From: a virus
Lineage: Duplodnaviria > Caudoviricetes
Virus record (IMG/VR): IMGVR_UViG_3300042890_003727
Span: 1 to 53,374 of that record
Strand: one strand, 5' to 3'
DNA length: 53,374 nucleotides
The notes beneath the pieces were generated by a model that saw only the letters and a list, made by a program, of their open reading frames with translations, was not told the DNA's origin and did no database searches. Within the stretch, counting starts at the first letter, position 1. Every line of letters starts with the position of its first letter. Shown here in pieces: positions 27,217 through 36,317 of this stretch. The translations under genes were made by a program, and so were the position numbers.

Positions 27217-27262
27217 CAAATAAACAAGCCCCAAGTCTATCACAACTTGGGGCCAAAGTCAA
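27217..27262 (-). promoter_or_regulatory. overlapping terminator hairpin and promoter upstream of DNA polymerase
   Basis: GCCCCAAGT/ACTTGGGGC perfect stem 27228-27253 followed by TTGTTTATTT on the minus strand; TTGACT-17-TAGACT with the -10 inside the hairpin. Confidence 0.6.
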
Positions 27263-27272
27263 CGATCTGTGA

Positions 27273-28991
27273 TCAATGACTGTTCAACCAGTCATCTAAG
27301 TTGTGCAAGGTATGCGTGGAGTTATCGTAGTAAATAAAACCAGCAGGACCAGTTAGACCACATACTCGATTTTTTGTTACGCTAATTTCTGTGCTGTTTC
27401 TAACGACCTGATCATCTGCCATTTTATCTCGTTTGAGTAAAATATTTGCTGAAGCTGATTTAATAATAGTGCTAGAACCCATGATGTTCTGTTCACTATC
27501 TGCACCATTTTGACCAGCAGGTGTTTTACGCATATGATTAATAAAGATGAAAGTAATGCCGTGGCTTTTAATAAAACCCTTAGCCCACTTCATAAACTCA
27601 GCTTGTTCTTCATTGGATAAACCATCTAGAATATCCTGAAGAGGATCAAGCACGATTACTTTTGCACCACAAGCAGATACCAGTTCTTCAACAGTATCTT
27701 GAATCTCTTCAATGCTACCATCACGATTATCTAGCAGATAAAATCTTGAATCACCATCTTCTTTAATGGTAAGTTCTTTTGCTTTTTCAATAACCTTATC
27801 TGTGCTTAGATAAGCAATCTTTTCATCTTGGCTTTCAATCAAAGCAAGTTTCTTTTCAAGATGTCTTGATAGAAGTACTTCACCGTATTGACCTGCATCT
27901 AGTTCCATAGAAACAATACCTACAGTATGAGGTGAATTAAAAATCCAGTAGTAAATCAACTCATTGACAAGTGTAGTTTTACCAACACCTGTATCTGCTG
28001 CGATATTAACAATATGACCAAGAGGCATTCCACCTACAAATAACTCATTTAGTTTTTGCATAAAAGGTGGAAATGGAATTTTAGCAACCACAGACTGACC
28101 CATGATTCTATCATACAGATTACTTGATGCAAGAACTCCAACTGGTACTTGTTTTTTAGCTGAATAAAAATCACTAATGAATGCGTCATCTTCGGCTTTC
28201 TCAAGATATTCGTTAGCATCTTTATACCGCATTGGCATAATTTTAACTTTACCTTTTGGTAGAACTTTTAAAATCTGTTCAGTAGCAGTTTGTCCAGCCT
28301 TATCATTATCGTAAGAGATAATAATATTATCAAACGAATCAAAGAATCTAAACTGAGCAGCAATTTGCTTGTGAGAATTTGCACCTGTAGTTGGACTAAC
28401 AACTGCTGTTTCAAAACCCCAACCTTTTTTCTCATTGTACTCAGAAAGCATTTGATAAGCTGACAATGCGTCAAGTTCACCTTCAGTAATTATGATGTAC
28501 TTACCACCTCGGTTGAATTTAAACTGCATGAATAATTCGCAGTCAGCACCAGTTCTACCTTTGGAGTAAAAGTTCTTAGGTACTTCACGAATCTTGTAAC
28601 CAACAAGCTGACCATCCTGTGTGCAAGGATAGTACTGCTCAATAACTTCATCTGACTCTTCTGAGTAAGAATGCCTGACACCAAACTTAGTGTAGATACT
28701 ATCATCAATAGAACGAAAGCCATTTGCCTTTACTGAAGTGCGGGATTTAATATCCTGATTCTCTTCTGGTGAAATAGCAGGTTTGGTGCTTGGTTTAACT
28801 TCCATGTTTTCTGATTCCTTTTTAATACCTGATCTTACTTTTGATGACTTCTTTGAGTTTTGTTCAATGAACTCATTCGATGGTACTGTATGTTCGCAAA
28901 CAAAACAGTGAGAAGAATCATCAGCATAAATTGCTTTACCATCTGAACTACCGCATTTATCACAACTTGTATGCCTGATAAAATTCGCCAT
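27273..28991 (-). CDS. primase-helicase (T7 gp4-like)
   Basis: N-terminal Zn finger (CDKC...CFVC), TOPRIM (ITEGELDAL, YDND.AG), Walker A TGVGKTT, LDP, K.R motifs. Confidence 0.95.
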   Translation of the reverse strand: MANFIRHTSCDKCGSSDGKAIYADDSSHCFVCEHTVPSNEFIEQNSKKSSKVRSGIKKESENMEVKPSTKPAISPEENQDIKSRTSVKANGFRSIDDSIYTKFGVRHSYSEESDEVIEQYYPCTQDGQLVGYKIREVPKNFYSKGRTGADCELFMQFKFNRGGKYIIITEGELDALSAYQMLSEYNEKKGWGFETAVVSPTTGANSHKQIAAQFRFFDSFDNIIISYDNDKAGQTATEQILKVLPKGKVKIMPMRYKDANEYLEKAEDDAFISDFYSAKKQVPVGVLASSNLYDRIMGQSVVAKIPFPPFMQKLNELFVGGMPLGHIVNIAADTGVGKTTLVNELIYYWIFNSPHTVGIVSMELDAGQYGEVLLSRHLEKKLALIESQDEKIAYLSTDKVIEKAKELTIKEDGDSRFYLLDNRDGSIEEIQDTVEELVSACGAKVIVLDPLQDILDGLSNEEQAEFMKWAKGFIKSHGITFIFINHMRKTPAGQNGADSEQNIMGSSTIIKSASANILLKRDKMADDQVVRNSTEISVTKNRVCGLTGPAGFIYYDNSTHTLHNLDDWLNSH

Positions 28992-29006
28992 TTAACTCCT
29001 TATAGT

Positions 29007-30032
29007 TTATTCGTTCTTAAGCAACCAAGAGTTTGAAATTGCTTTAAAGCTTCGATAATCAACGCTGTTGCTCTTAAATACAAGACCTTCTCGCTGGCAA
29101 GTATTCAATTGCGATTTACCTTCAGCTTGCTCAAGGATTCCAGCAATGCTTTCACCAACTAGCGAAATGCTTTCAGCTAGGATAGGTACGTGGTTTAATC
29201 CAAGACGCTCACAGGCAGCTTTAAGCTGAATTGGCAGCAAGTATCGCCCTGTGGAGGTATTGTACATATCGTAAACATAAAAGTCAAGCTGACGTTTGTA
29301 TGAATTGCCTTGGATACCTTCACCAATCATCTCACCTTGGATTGCCATGCCTAGCATAGTATTTCGGCGCATGACACCTTCAACATCGTATTTCCTAGCT
29401 ACTTTCCAAAAGCTGTTTACTTCGTCTTCCTTCAAGTCCAAATTACGTGAGCATACGTGAAATACTCCTTCTGCATCTAGATAGAAAGTGCAAGATGAAC
29501 CATCTAGCTTTTCAGTAATTGACCAGTCATCATCTTGATATTCATTATTGAATTGTTTTACAATATTTTGAATTCGCTCCTGATCTGTCTTTGGTACTAG
29601 CGCAGGAAAATTACCTCGGGCCATACCAGCGAGTTGAGCATTCATTGGCTTTTCCCACTTGATGATACAAAGCTCTTGTGTTACATCTTCACCTTCTTTT
29701 ACCATTGATTCAATATTGGAGTTATCTGCCAATGCAGTTAATCCCAGCAACAAACCTTGTGATAATTGACCACGTAGTTTTACAGTACGCAGGCGCTCAC
29801 CCTTTACACCTTCAAATACACGAGGTTCTTTATCTTTAGATAGAAAAGGTGCAAGCTCTGTAGGAACCCATGAATCAATTTCTAGGTAAATAGCAAGAGA
29901 ACCTGCACTGAACTCGCCTTTCTTTACTACAACTTTCCAGCCATCAACTACAGCTACTTCAATTGCATCAGCGCCCTCAATAGCTTCAATAGCTGAGATT
30001 TTACGGATTGTTGCAAGTTTACGTTCTGTCAT
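29007..30032 (-). CDS. RNA ligase, DRB0094/Rnl5-like
   Basis: RKLATI...I..IEGADAIE N-domain, KLRGQLSQGL, PKTDQERIQN, TEKLDGSS, EGLV, FKAISN. Confidence 0.88.
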   Translation of the reverse strand: MTERKLATIRKISAIEAIEGADAIEVAVVDGWKVVVKKGEFSAGSLAIYLEIDSWVPTELAPFLSKDKEPRVFEGVKGERLRTVKLRGQLSQGLLLGLTALADNSNIESMVKEGEDVTQELCIIKWEKPMNAQLAGMARGNFPALVPKTDQERIQNIVKQFNNEYQDDDWSITEKLDGSSCTFYLDAEGVFHVCSRNLDLKEDEVNSFWKVARKYDVEGVMRRNTMLGMAIQGEMIGEGIQGNSYKRQLDFYVYDMYNTSTGRYLLPIQLKAACERLGLNHVPILAESISLVGESIAGILEQAEGKSQLNTCQREGLVFKSNSVDYRSFKAISNSWLLKNE

Positions 30033-30201
30033 TTGTTTTCCTTTTAAAATATAATTTTGTAAAATAAGAAGTTGAAGCCATTGATAGGTTTGAATAAATA
30101 GTACCGAAAGACAAAAACATAATAAGTCCATCAAATACTTCACATAAACCAATTAGCATTAGTTCGTACTTCCTGAGTCTACTACCTGATTTTCTAAGCA
30201 T
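30019..30201 (-). CDS. hypothetical protein
   Basis: AGGAG RBS, operonic overlap. Confidence 0.55.
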   Translation of the reverse strand: MLRKSGSRLRKYELMLIGLCEVFDGLIMFLSFGTIYSNLSMASTSYFTKLYFKRKTNDRT

Positions 30202-30228
30202 AATTACTCCTATGTTTCCGTCAAAATA

Positions 30229-31134
30229 TCACAAATCATCTTTGTGCCGAATACCAACCAGCACAGGAAATCTCGGGACACTGTAGCCATTACCTACATC
30301 AAAGTACTTTACCTTTGCTAGCTTGCCTTTGAGTTCGTTGCGCTCAAGCCATAGTTTAGCACGAAGATCATCGGTAAAACCACTTCCGCAAGTAAAAATC
30401 AGACCTTTTTCTGTCTCCAAGATCAAAGCCCCCATTGTATCCAGGGGTATCATTCCAGCTTTAGCAGTGCTGCGTTCAGTTCGACCTAGCTCATTTGTCT
30501 TTGCTTCATTTGAATTATGATACTTTGGCTCATACCCAATGATAAGAAATTCTTTATCTACAAAGCGTTTAACCTTTTGTAGTTCTGGTGTTTTAGTTCC
30601 AGACCTTCCGCATTTGTATTTACCGCATGCATCTCGTAGCATAATACCTTCAGCACCTTGAGCAAGCATCTTAGCTTCAAACTCTTCAATATCTACTAAG
30701 TTATTAACAGGATAATGCTCAAGTAGTTTTACTCTATCTGGTAAAGCACCAAAATCATTAAGTTGCTCAAGTCCTGCAAATCTAAATCTCCAATAAGAAA
30801 AATTAGCATATTCATCAAAGATCCAGAATGCGAAGTCAGGAGTACCATCTTGTCGCATTACACCGCTTGTGCTTTGATTAAACACATCAGGAGCGTTTTT
30901 ATCACCTACGATAAGCTCACCATCAACACCTTCAAGAACCTCGGCATGCTGCTTGAAATAAGCCTGAATAGAAGCATTAGGGATTGGCTTTAGACTGCGA
31001 GAGTAACCTACACCACCAAATACAATGCATCGAATACCATCAAGCTTTTCAGACATGTAAAGATTTTCTGGTTGTACTTTTACTTTACTTTGCTCAATTG
31101 CAAGCAAAGGTTTAAAACCATCAGGAATAGCCAT
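30229..31134 (-). CDS. ATP-dependent DNA ligase
   Basis: SEKLDGIRC, DGEL, EGIM, KVK, GSGF, PRFP motifs; GGAGG RBS before MAIPD. Confidence 0.93.
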   Translation of the reverse strand: MAIPDGFKPLLAIEQSKVKVQPENLYMSEKLDGIRCIVFGGVGYSRSLKPIPNASIQAYFKQHAEVLEGVDGELIVGDKNAPDVFNQSTSGVMRQDGTPDFAFWIFDEYANFSYWRFRFAGLEQLNDFGALPDRVKLLEHYPVNNLVDIEEFEAKMLAQGAEGIMLRDACGKYKCGRSGTKTPELQKVKRFVDKEFLIIGYEPKYHNSNEAKTNELGRTERSTAKAGMIPLDTMGALILETEKGLIFTCGSGFTDDLRAKLWLERNELKGKLAKVKYFDVGNGYSVPRFPVLVGIRHKDDL

Positions 31135-31459
31135 AAGATGATGCCTCCAAAATTTCTTTAAGTTTAATACTAATATTTCCAAGATGAAGAAGACGATCAT
31201 TTTCATCCAGAAATCCACCTAGAAATGGTTCATCTACATAATCATAAGAGTATATAACTTTACCACCTACATCTGGAATACTGCAATATAAATGCCCGTA
31301 TCGTAATCTAACATATGCAACTTGATATATTGAAGCATCTGCAGCAAAATAAATTACATCATACTGCTCAGGACAAGCAGGGCATGTACCTATAAATGCG
31401 AAATCATTAAACATATAATCAGGTTCATTATATAAAAATTCACCAACATATGGAATCAT
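31121..31459 (-). CDS. hypothetical protein
   Basis: TCPACPEQYD...YVRLRYG motif; AAGGAG RBS. Confidence 0.7.
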   Translation of the reverse strand: MIPYVGEFLYNEPDYMFNDFAFIGTCPACPEQYDVIYFAADASIYQVAYVRLRYGHLYCSIPDVGGKVIYSYDYVDEPFLGGFLDENDRLLHLGNISIKLKEILEASSYGYS

Positions 31460-31647
31460 ATCTCTCCTTTGTTTTCTGATATTTCAATACAAGCTGCACT
31501 AATTCTAGTAACATCTTGTTTTTGTCTTAGTTCAACAATGTTTTGTCTTACTACTGAATTGCACAATGATTCTGAAGTAATAACAGGAGAAACCATAAAA
31601 CCGCACTCAAGTGAAGTGAAGCAAACAAATATAATAGCTAAAAACAT
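31456..31647 (-). CDS. small Cys-containing, possibly exported protein
   Basis: Hydrophobic N-terminus, 4 Cys. Confidence 0.55.
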   Translation of the reverse strand: MFLAIIFVCFTSLECGFMVSPVITSESLCNSVVRQNIVELRQKQDVTRISAACIEISENKGEI

Positions 31648-31787
31648 TAATTAGCCTTAACTACAGAAAGTATCATATTAATACCTTGAATAACTTGCAT
31701 TTGCTGCATTGGGTCTAACTGATGCCAAGCTCTTCCATCACCGAACTTAGAAGATACCTGCTTCCAGAAAATTTCTACATTACTCAT
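31647..31787 (-). CDS. small hypothetical protein (46 aa, not in ORF track)
   Basis: MSNVEIFWKQVSSKFGDGRAWHQL...; ATGA and TAATG coupling on both sides. Confidence 0.6.
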   Translation of the reverse strand: MSNVEIFWKQVSSKFGDGRAWHQLDPMQQMQVIQGINMILSVVKAN

Positions 31788-32203
31788 ACTCCACCTTCCT
31801 TTCTTGAACAACGATAATTTAACTCTTTTTTAAATAACTCCTCAACATAAGTATCCTTTATGTGATCTTGAGTTTTTAAAATATTCTCAATGTGGTTTGT
31901 AGCCATATCGCACAAAGCAATGTATATACCTTTAGGTGCATGCTCTTGATTTAAACCGTATGATTTCCACATGAATACAAATCTAATTTTATTTTCAAAT
32001 GAATCATTGAGATAAACATTTAAATCCTCGGCATTAACTATATTTAATGATCTACGGATATAATCATTGCCACCATCAACAATGTATATTTCAGAAGTAA
32101 CTTTATCTTTATGCTCTTTGTAATCATGCCTGTGATAACTTCGCAAGTAAGTACCATCTGGAGTCATGATAGCATTTCTAATAATTATGTCTTCATCTTG
32201 CAT
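31784..32203 (-). CDS. hypothetical protein
   Basis: S.HRHDY...VDGG.DY.RR motif. Confidence 0.7.
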   Translation of the reverse strand: MQDEDIIIRNAIMTPDGTYLRSYHRHDYKEHKDKVTSEIYIVDGGNDYIRRSLNIVNAEDLNVYLNDSFENKIRFVFMWKSYGLNQEHAPKGIYIALCDMATNHIENILKTQDHIKDTYVEELFKKELNYRCSRKEGGV

Positions 32204-32364
32204 TACTTTTTAATCCTTGGGTTAATGATTACGCTGGGGCTCTTTCGCATCTCTACCATGTGCCACATTGCGTCAGTGCGGCTGCATGAGTAGGATTTTT
32301 CAACAAGTGTACCATCCTTTTTGACTTCTTGCCAAAGAATTTTACAATCTTTTATTTTTTGCAT
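32203..32364 (-). CDS. small hypothetical protein (53 aa, not in ORF track)
   Basis: MQKIKDCKILWQEVKKDG...; GGAG RBS, stop/start overlaps. Confidence 0.55.
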   Translation of the reverse strand: MQKIKDCKILWQEVKKDGTLVEKSYSCSRTDAMWHMVEMRKSPSVIINPRIKK

Positions 32365-32597
32365 CAGTACTCCATGTCAGAAATTGTTGCTGGCTTATAG
32401 ATGGTGTTGCGTGTCTCAATGCAACCATCCTCGTCTTTTTTCACTATCGCTGAAGTTCTCACGTTGTTTGCACTACCCAAAGCAGGATGGTCAACTACGA
32501 AGTCAAGGTGAGCAACCTCAATGTCTTCATTGTACAACCATTTTTCAATTCTAGCTTTACCTAGATATAAAACTACTGGTTTGTTACTGTTAGTCAT
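32364..32597 (-). CDS. hypothetical protein
   Basis: AAGGAG RBS; DHPALG...VRTS.IV...IETRNTIY. Confidence 0.7.
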   Translation of the reverse strand: MTNSNKPVVLYLGKARIEKWLYNEDIEVAHLDFVVDHPALGSANNVRTSAIVKKDEDGCIETRNTIYKPATISDMEY

Positions 32598-32720
32598 AAT
32601 TTAACTCCTTTAATTAATTAGTTAGTAGTAAAAATCTTAGATAATTCTTAGATTTTAATTCCTGAGTTTGTCATCCGTCGCTTGTCCCTCCGCGCTGCCC
32701 CCGCAGCCCCGTTGCTACGA

Positions 32721-32810
32721 ATTGTACACGTTAAGAGCATCTTGTCAAGCACTTTTTGCAAAAAATTTTTACACCCAGGGGCTTGCTTTCTTTGAAATCC
32801 GTGCTATAGT
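32721..32810. promoter_or_regulatory. divergent promoter pair at the strand switch
   Basis: Minus: TTGACA-16-TACAAT (32748-32721). Plus: TTGCTT-16-TATAGT with TGc extension (32783-32810). Confidence 0.65.
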
Positions 32811-32841
32811 CTCGTCTTCACAACAACTTGGAGGAACCAGC

Positions 32842-33261
32842 ATGATGCTAAAGCAAGAATTCAACTCTATTGTAAAGCGACTTGAGCTTGACAGCGAAAG
32901 AGATCTCTATCTAGCTGAGATTGTATGGGAAAAATGCGAAGCTGTTCATGGCATGCGAGGCACACAGACACCTGCTCTTCTAAAGAAGCCACCCGTTGAC
33001 CTGAGCAATGACAAAGAGCTTAGCAGATCAGAGCTTCAGTTCTTGACAGGATTTCTTCGTGACATTCAGCACATCGGTTACAATTCCGTTTATGCACTTA
33101 AGCAAGACATTCGAGATGAATGGGAAAGGTGCGATTCAGAAAATAAAGATTCTTACAAAAATTTTAAGGAGTTAAATAAGCTAAGAACATTGCACAGGGC
33201 TGTAAAAAAACAAATGAACAAACTTTCTCTAATTCAGAATAAACTAAAGAAAATTCGATAA
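32842..33261 (+). CDS. hypothetical protein
   Basis: GGAGG RBS before MMLKQ; the ORF-track 5' extension runs through the promoters. Confidence 0.7.
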   Translation: MMLKQEFNSIVKRLELDSERDLYLAEIVWEKCEAVHGMRGTQTPALLKKPPVDLSNDKELSRSELQFLTGFLRDIQHIGYNSVYALKQDIRDEWERCDSENKDSYKNFKELNKLRTLHRAVKKQMNKLSLIQNKLKKIR

Positions 33262-33608
33262 TGAAACCAAAAAAGCGTTATACTATTGTTGCCACATGCT
33301 TTGATCGAAAAGGAAGAGTAATTGGTTCAGGAGTAAATGAGTATCACAGAAGTCATCCTTTAATGCAGGAGTTTGCTATTAAAGCAGGTGAGTCAGAAGA
33401 TAAGATTTACAGGCATGCCGAATTCAATGCGGTCCTTTCTTCAGGTAGAAAAGATGTGCATTCAATCCTAGTGCAACGCTTTCACATAAATGGAGATATG
33501 GCTAATGCAATGCCTTGTCCAACATGCCAAGGAATGCTAAGGTCATTTGGTGTTAAAATAGTTCGTTATACAACTGATGAAGGAATTAAAGAATATGAAA
33601 TTACCTAA
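33261..33608 (+). CDS. zinc-dependent cytidine/dCMP-deaminase-fold protein
   Basis: HAE and PCPTC motifs. Confidence 0.8.
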   Translation: MKPKKRYTIVATCFDRKGRVIGSGVNEYHRSHPLMQEFAIKAGESEDKIYRHAEFNAVLSSGRKDVHSILVQRFHINGDMANAMPCPTCQGMLRSFGVKIVRYTTDEGIKEYEIT

Positions 33609-33873
33609 ATTTTACAATCCATTTAAACCACACATTGTGGAGTTTGAAAGTTCTAAATTTGCTGTACGTAAATGGGACAATTTCGGATGGGTTTATAAAG
33701 AACACACAACATACGAGAAAGAAACTCGTATCTCATGGTGGATGGACTATGGTTGTGCTCAAAGATGGTGCTTTGTTGATTCATTGCAAGAAGCAGTTGC
33801 TTTACTTAATAAAACTTGGGATAAAAATAAAGAAAAGATCAACAGCATGAAAGTGGTAGAAGTTCATGGCTGA
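33595..33873 (+). CDS. hypothetical protein
   Basis: Operonic ORF MKLPKFY. Confidence 0.6.
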   Translation: MKLPKFYNPFKPHIVEFESSKFAVRKWDNFGWVYKEHTTYEKETRISWWMDYGCAQRWCFVDSLQEAVALLNKTWDKNKEKINSMKVVEVHG

Positions 33874-34318
33874 TCAAATAGAACTTGATGGAATTTACAT
33901 GGGAACAGCATTTCTTCATGCAATGCTTTCAAAAGCCACCAGAGCTAAGGTAGGAGCCGTTTTAGTAACTGAGCAAGGGGTGACACTCACTGGCTTCAAT
34001 GGAACGCCTACAGGTCGTCCTAATGAATGCGAGTACGAAGTTCATTATGTTCAAGATGAATTTCCTACCATGCTTACTAAAGAAGAAGTCATTCATGCTG
34101 AACTTAATTGCATAATGAAAGCTGCTAGGGAAGGTATAAGTTGCATCAACGCTTCAGTTTATGTTACACTTAGCCCTTGTGTAAGATGCAGTGCAATGCT
34201 GATACAAGCAGGCGTAAAACGAGTTGTGTATTTTGATACATATAGAAACACAGAAGGTATTGAGCTTTTAAAAGATGCAGGTGTAATTGTGGAAAATTAC
34301 TCCATGCAACATAAGTAA
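33866..34318 (+). CDS. dCMP deaminase
   Basis: S...R.KVGAV...GFNG, HAELNCI, TLSPCVRC, AGVKRVVY. Confidence 0.9.
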   Translation: MADQIELDGIYMGTAFLHAMLSKATRAKVGAVLVTEQGVTLTGFNGTPTGRPNECEYEVHYVQDEFPTMLTKEEVIHAELNCIMKAAREGISCINASVYVTLSPCVRCSAMLIQAGVKRVVYFDTYRNTEGIELLKDAGVIVENYSMQHK

Positions 34319-34323
34319 TAAAT

Positions 34324-34725
34324 ATGCTTTCACTTTATTTAATTCGTGGACTTCCGGGTTCTGGTAAATCCAGCTTTGCTAGTACTTTAAAAAACTACGG
34401 TGTAGTGGATGAAGTATTCGAAGCAGATGATTTCTTTACTTCAATATCTGGTGTTTATAATTATGATTCTTCAAAAATCAAAGATGCTCATGCAATATGC
34501 AAAATGAATACCAGATATTTTCTATCACAAGGGCAGTCTGTAGCAGTATCTAATACTACAACAACTGAGTTTGAAGTAGGTGCTTATGAAATGATAGCAA
34601 TTGAATTCAATGCTAAGTTGATAAGCGCAGTTATCGAAAATAGGCATGGCAACTCAAGTATTCATGATGTACCAAATGATGTAGTTCAAAAAATGAAAAA
34701 TAGGTTTTCAATAAAATTATGCTAA
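34324..34725 (+). CDS. P-loop kinase (polynucleotide-kinase-like AAA domain)
   Basis: IRGLPGSGKS Walker A, EADD, VSNT, HDVP. Confidence 0.8.
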   Translation: MLSLYLIRGLPGSGKSSFASTLKNYGVVDEVFEADDFFTSISGVYNYDSSKIKDAHAICKMNTRYFLSQGQSVAVSNTTTTEFEVGAYEMIAIEFNAKLISAVIENRHGNSSIHDVPNDVVQKMKNRFSIKLC

Positions 34726-35594
34726 ACACTTATGATCAGCAAATCAATTTAGTAAATCGTGGATTAGCTATTTTGAAAAACGATGGTAAATACACCACTT
34801 TTAAATACTCACGTAAAGCCATGTATGATTACTTGTGGTACAAAGAACCTCAACTTAAGGAGTGCAGAGGTCATGTGTATGAGAACGATACGAAAAAACT
34901 TGTTCAGGCAGCACCAACAAAATGCTTCAATTATCTTGAGCGCCATCATTGGAGTCACCTACCATTAGATACTCCAGTTGAAATGCATAAGAAAATCAAT
35001 GGTTATATGGCTTGCGCTACAATGCACAATGGTGAACTAGTTGTAAGCACTACAGGTACAACTACAAGCGAATATGCAAAGTGGGCTAGGGAGTTATTAA
35101 ATAGTGATTACAAATTGCATAAGATGCTTGCACCAGATATTACTACACTGTTCGAAGTTATAGTACCGCAAGATCCTCATATTGTGCAAGAACGCGAAGG
35201 TTTGCATTTGCTTGGTATGCGTGAAAAAAATACAGGTAAATTTCATCCTCTAGGTGACTTCACTCATTGTACTCTTAAGCAAGCAATTTCAATTGCAACA
35301 GAAGATCGTGGTGAAGGTTTTATGATATATCCAATGCTACCTACTGGTCGTTATGATTATAACAATTGCTGCAAACTAAAAAGTCTTTACTACGTAGATA
35401 AGAAAAAATTGATGCGTATGACAGCAAAGAACATAGAACTGATGTATACTCGGACAGCAAATGCTTTTGATTATCTTGGTCTATCAGAAGTGTGGAAGTT
35501 TGCACCTAATCTGATAATTGAACATCATTCGAAAGAGGCTTGGTGCAACATGACAGATCAGCAACGAAGAAAGTTTTTAGAATACATAGAATAA
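34719..35594 (+). CDS. RNA ligase 1 (T4 Rnl1-like)
   Basis: ECRG, K.FN..E, motif I KING, TLFE, EGF, KLKS..Y. Confidence 0.8.
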   Translation: MLNTYDQQINLVNRGLAILKNDGKYTTFKYSRKAMYDYLWYKEPQLKECRGHVYENDTKKLVQAAPTKCFNYLERHHWSHLPLDTPVEMHKKINGYMACATMHNGELVVSTTGTTTSEYAKWARELLNSDYKLHKMLAPDITTLFEVIVPQDPHIVQEREGLHLLGMREKNTGKFHPLGDFTHCTLKQAISIATEDRGEGFMIYPMLPTGRYDYNNCCKLKSLYYVDKKKLMRMTAKNIELMYTRTANAFDYLGLSEVWKFAPNLIIEHHSKEAWCNMTDQQRRKFLEYIE

Positions 35595-35603
35595 GGAATA
35601 AAA

Positions 35604-35792
35604 GTGCAAGGTCATAATTTCAGTAAAACATTGCATGCAAAAGGTATGTTTGTTTATTGCGCTAGATGCGGATTAGTTAGACTAGGCAATCGTGCAACAG
35701 AAAAGCAAGTAAATAAATCCTGCATAGGGTTACGTGAGCTTGAAGATGAAGAATATCTTAGACTTAGCAATATGATTAAAGGTAGAAAATGA
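35604..35792 (+). CDS. hypothetical protein
   Basis: AAGGA RBS, GTG start, H...CxxC...C possible Zn site. Confidence 0.6.
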   Translation: MQGHNFSKTLHAKGMFVYCARCGLVRLGNRATEKQVNKSCIGLRELEDEEYLRLSNMIKGRK

Positions 35793-36139
35793 AAAATAAA
35801 ACTCAAAAAGTTTATGCCGTGTGGTCAAACACTGATCTAACAGAAGGTCGTGGATATGAATACGCAAAGTATATTTGTTGGAACGAAGCAACTGCTATTC
35901 GTTTATCAAAAGGTGCTTATACAATGGGTAGCGATGCTCGTGTCAGAGAAATTGAACTAATCTTTCATAATAATTACTGGTGTGGTCCTGTGCTTATTCA
36001 TAGTCCAAATGCTGCAGATAATGAAATAGAAAAAACACTGGAATTAAAACGCAAAGCAGCACAAGCAAAAGCTGATGCTATTTTAAAAGCACAAAATTTA
36101 GGTTTATCTGCAGAAGATGTTGCTGCATTGAAAGGTTGA
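35789..36139 (+). CDS. hypothetical protein
   Basis: NTDLTEGRG motif; coupled start. Confidence 0.7.
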   Translation: MKNKTQKVYAVWSNTDLTEGRGYEYAKYICWNEATAIRLSKGAYTMGSDARVREIELIFHNNYWCGPVLIHSPNAADNEIEKTLELKRKAAQAKADAILKAQNLGLSAEDVAALKG

Positions 36140-36143
36140 TCAA

Positions 36144-36317
36144 ATGAAAACCAAGAAATTATGGATTGTTTATTGGGAAGACAATCGAAATGGTAATTCT
36201 GAATTTGTAGAATTGTGGTCTACAGAACAGTTAGCACAGGCTGCTGCAGAAAAATACGAAGAATCACATGCTGGTGTTCTAACTTTTACATACGAAGAAA
36301 TTGAGTTAATGAAATGA
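36144..36317 (+). CDS. small hypothetical protein (57 aa, not in ORF track)
   Basis: MKTKKLWIVYW...WSTEQLAQ; AAAGG RBS, ATGA overlap with next gene. Confidence 0.6.
   Translation: MKTKKLWIVYWEDNRNGNSEFVELWSTEQLAQAAAEKYEESHAGVLTFTYEEIELMK

Noticed and set aside
25030-28991. Intein or intron in polymerase or helicase
   Set aside because: Both ORFs are continuous and of normal length with no splicing or homing-endonuclease motifs.
32668-32841. N-terminal extension of ORF 32668..33261
   Set aside because: Runs through divergent promoters; GGAGG RBS supports a start at 32842.
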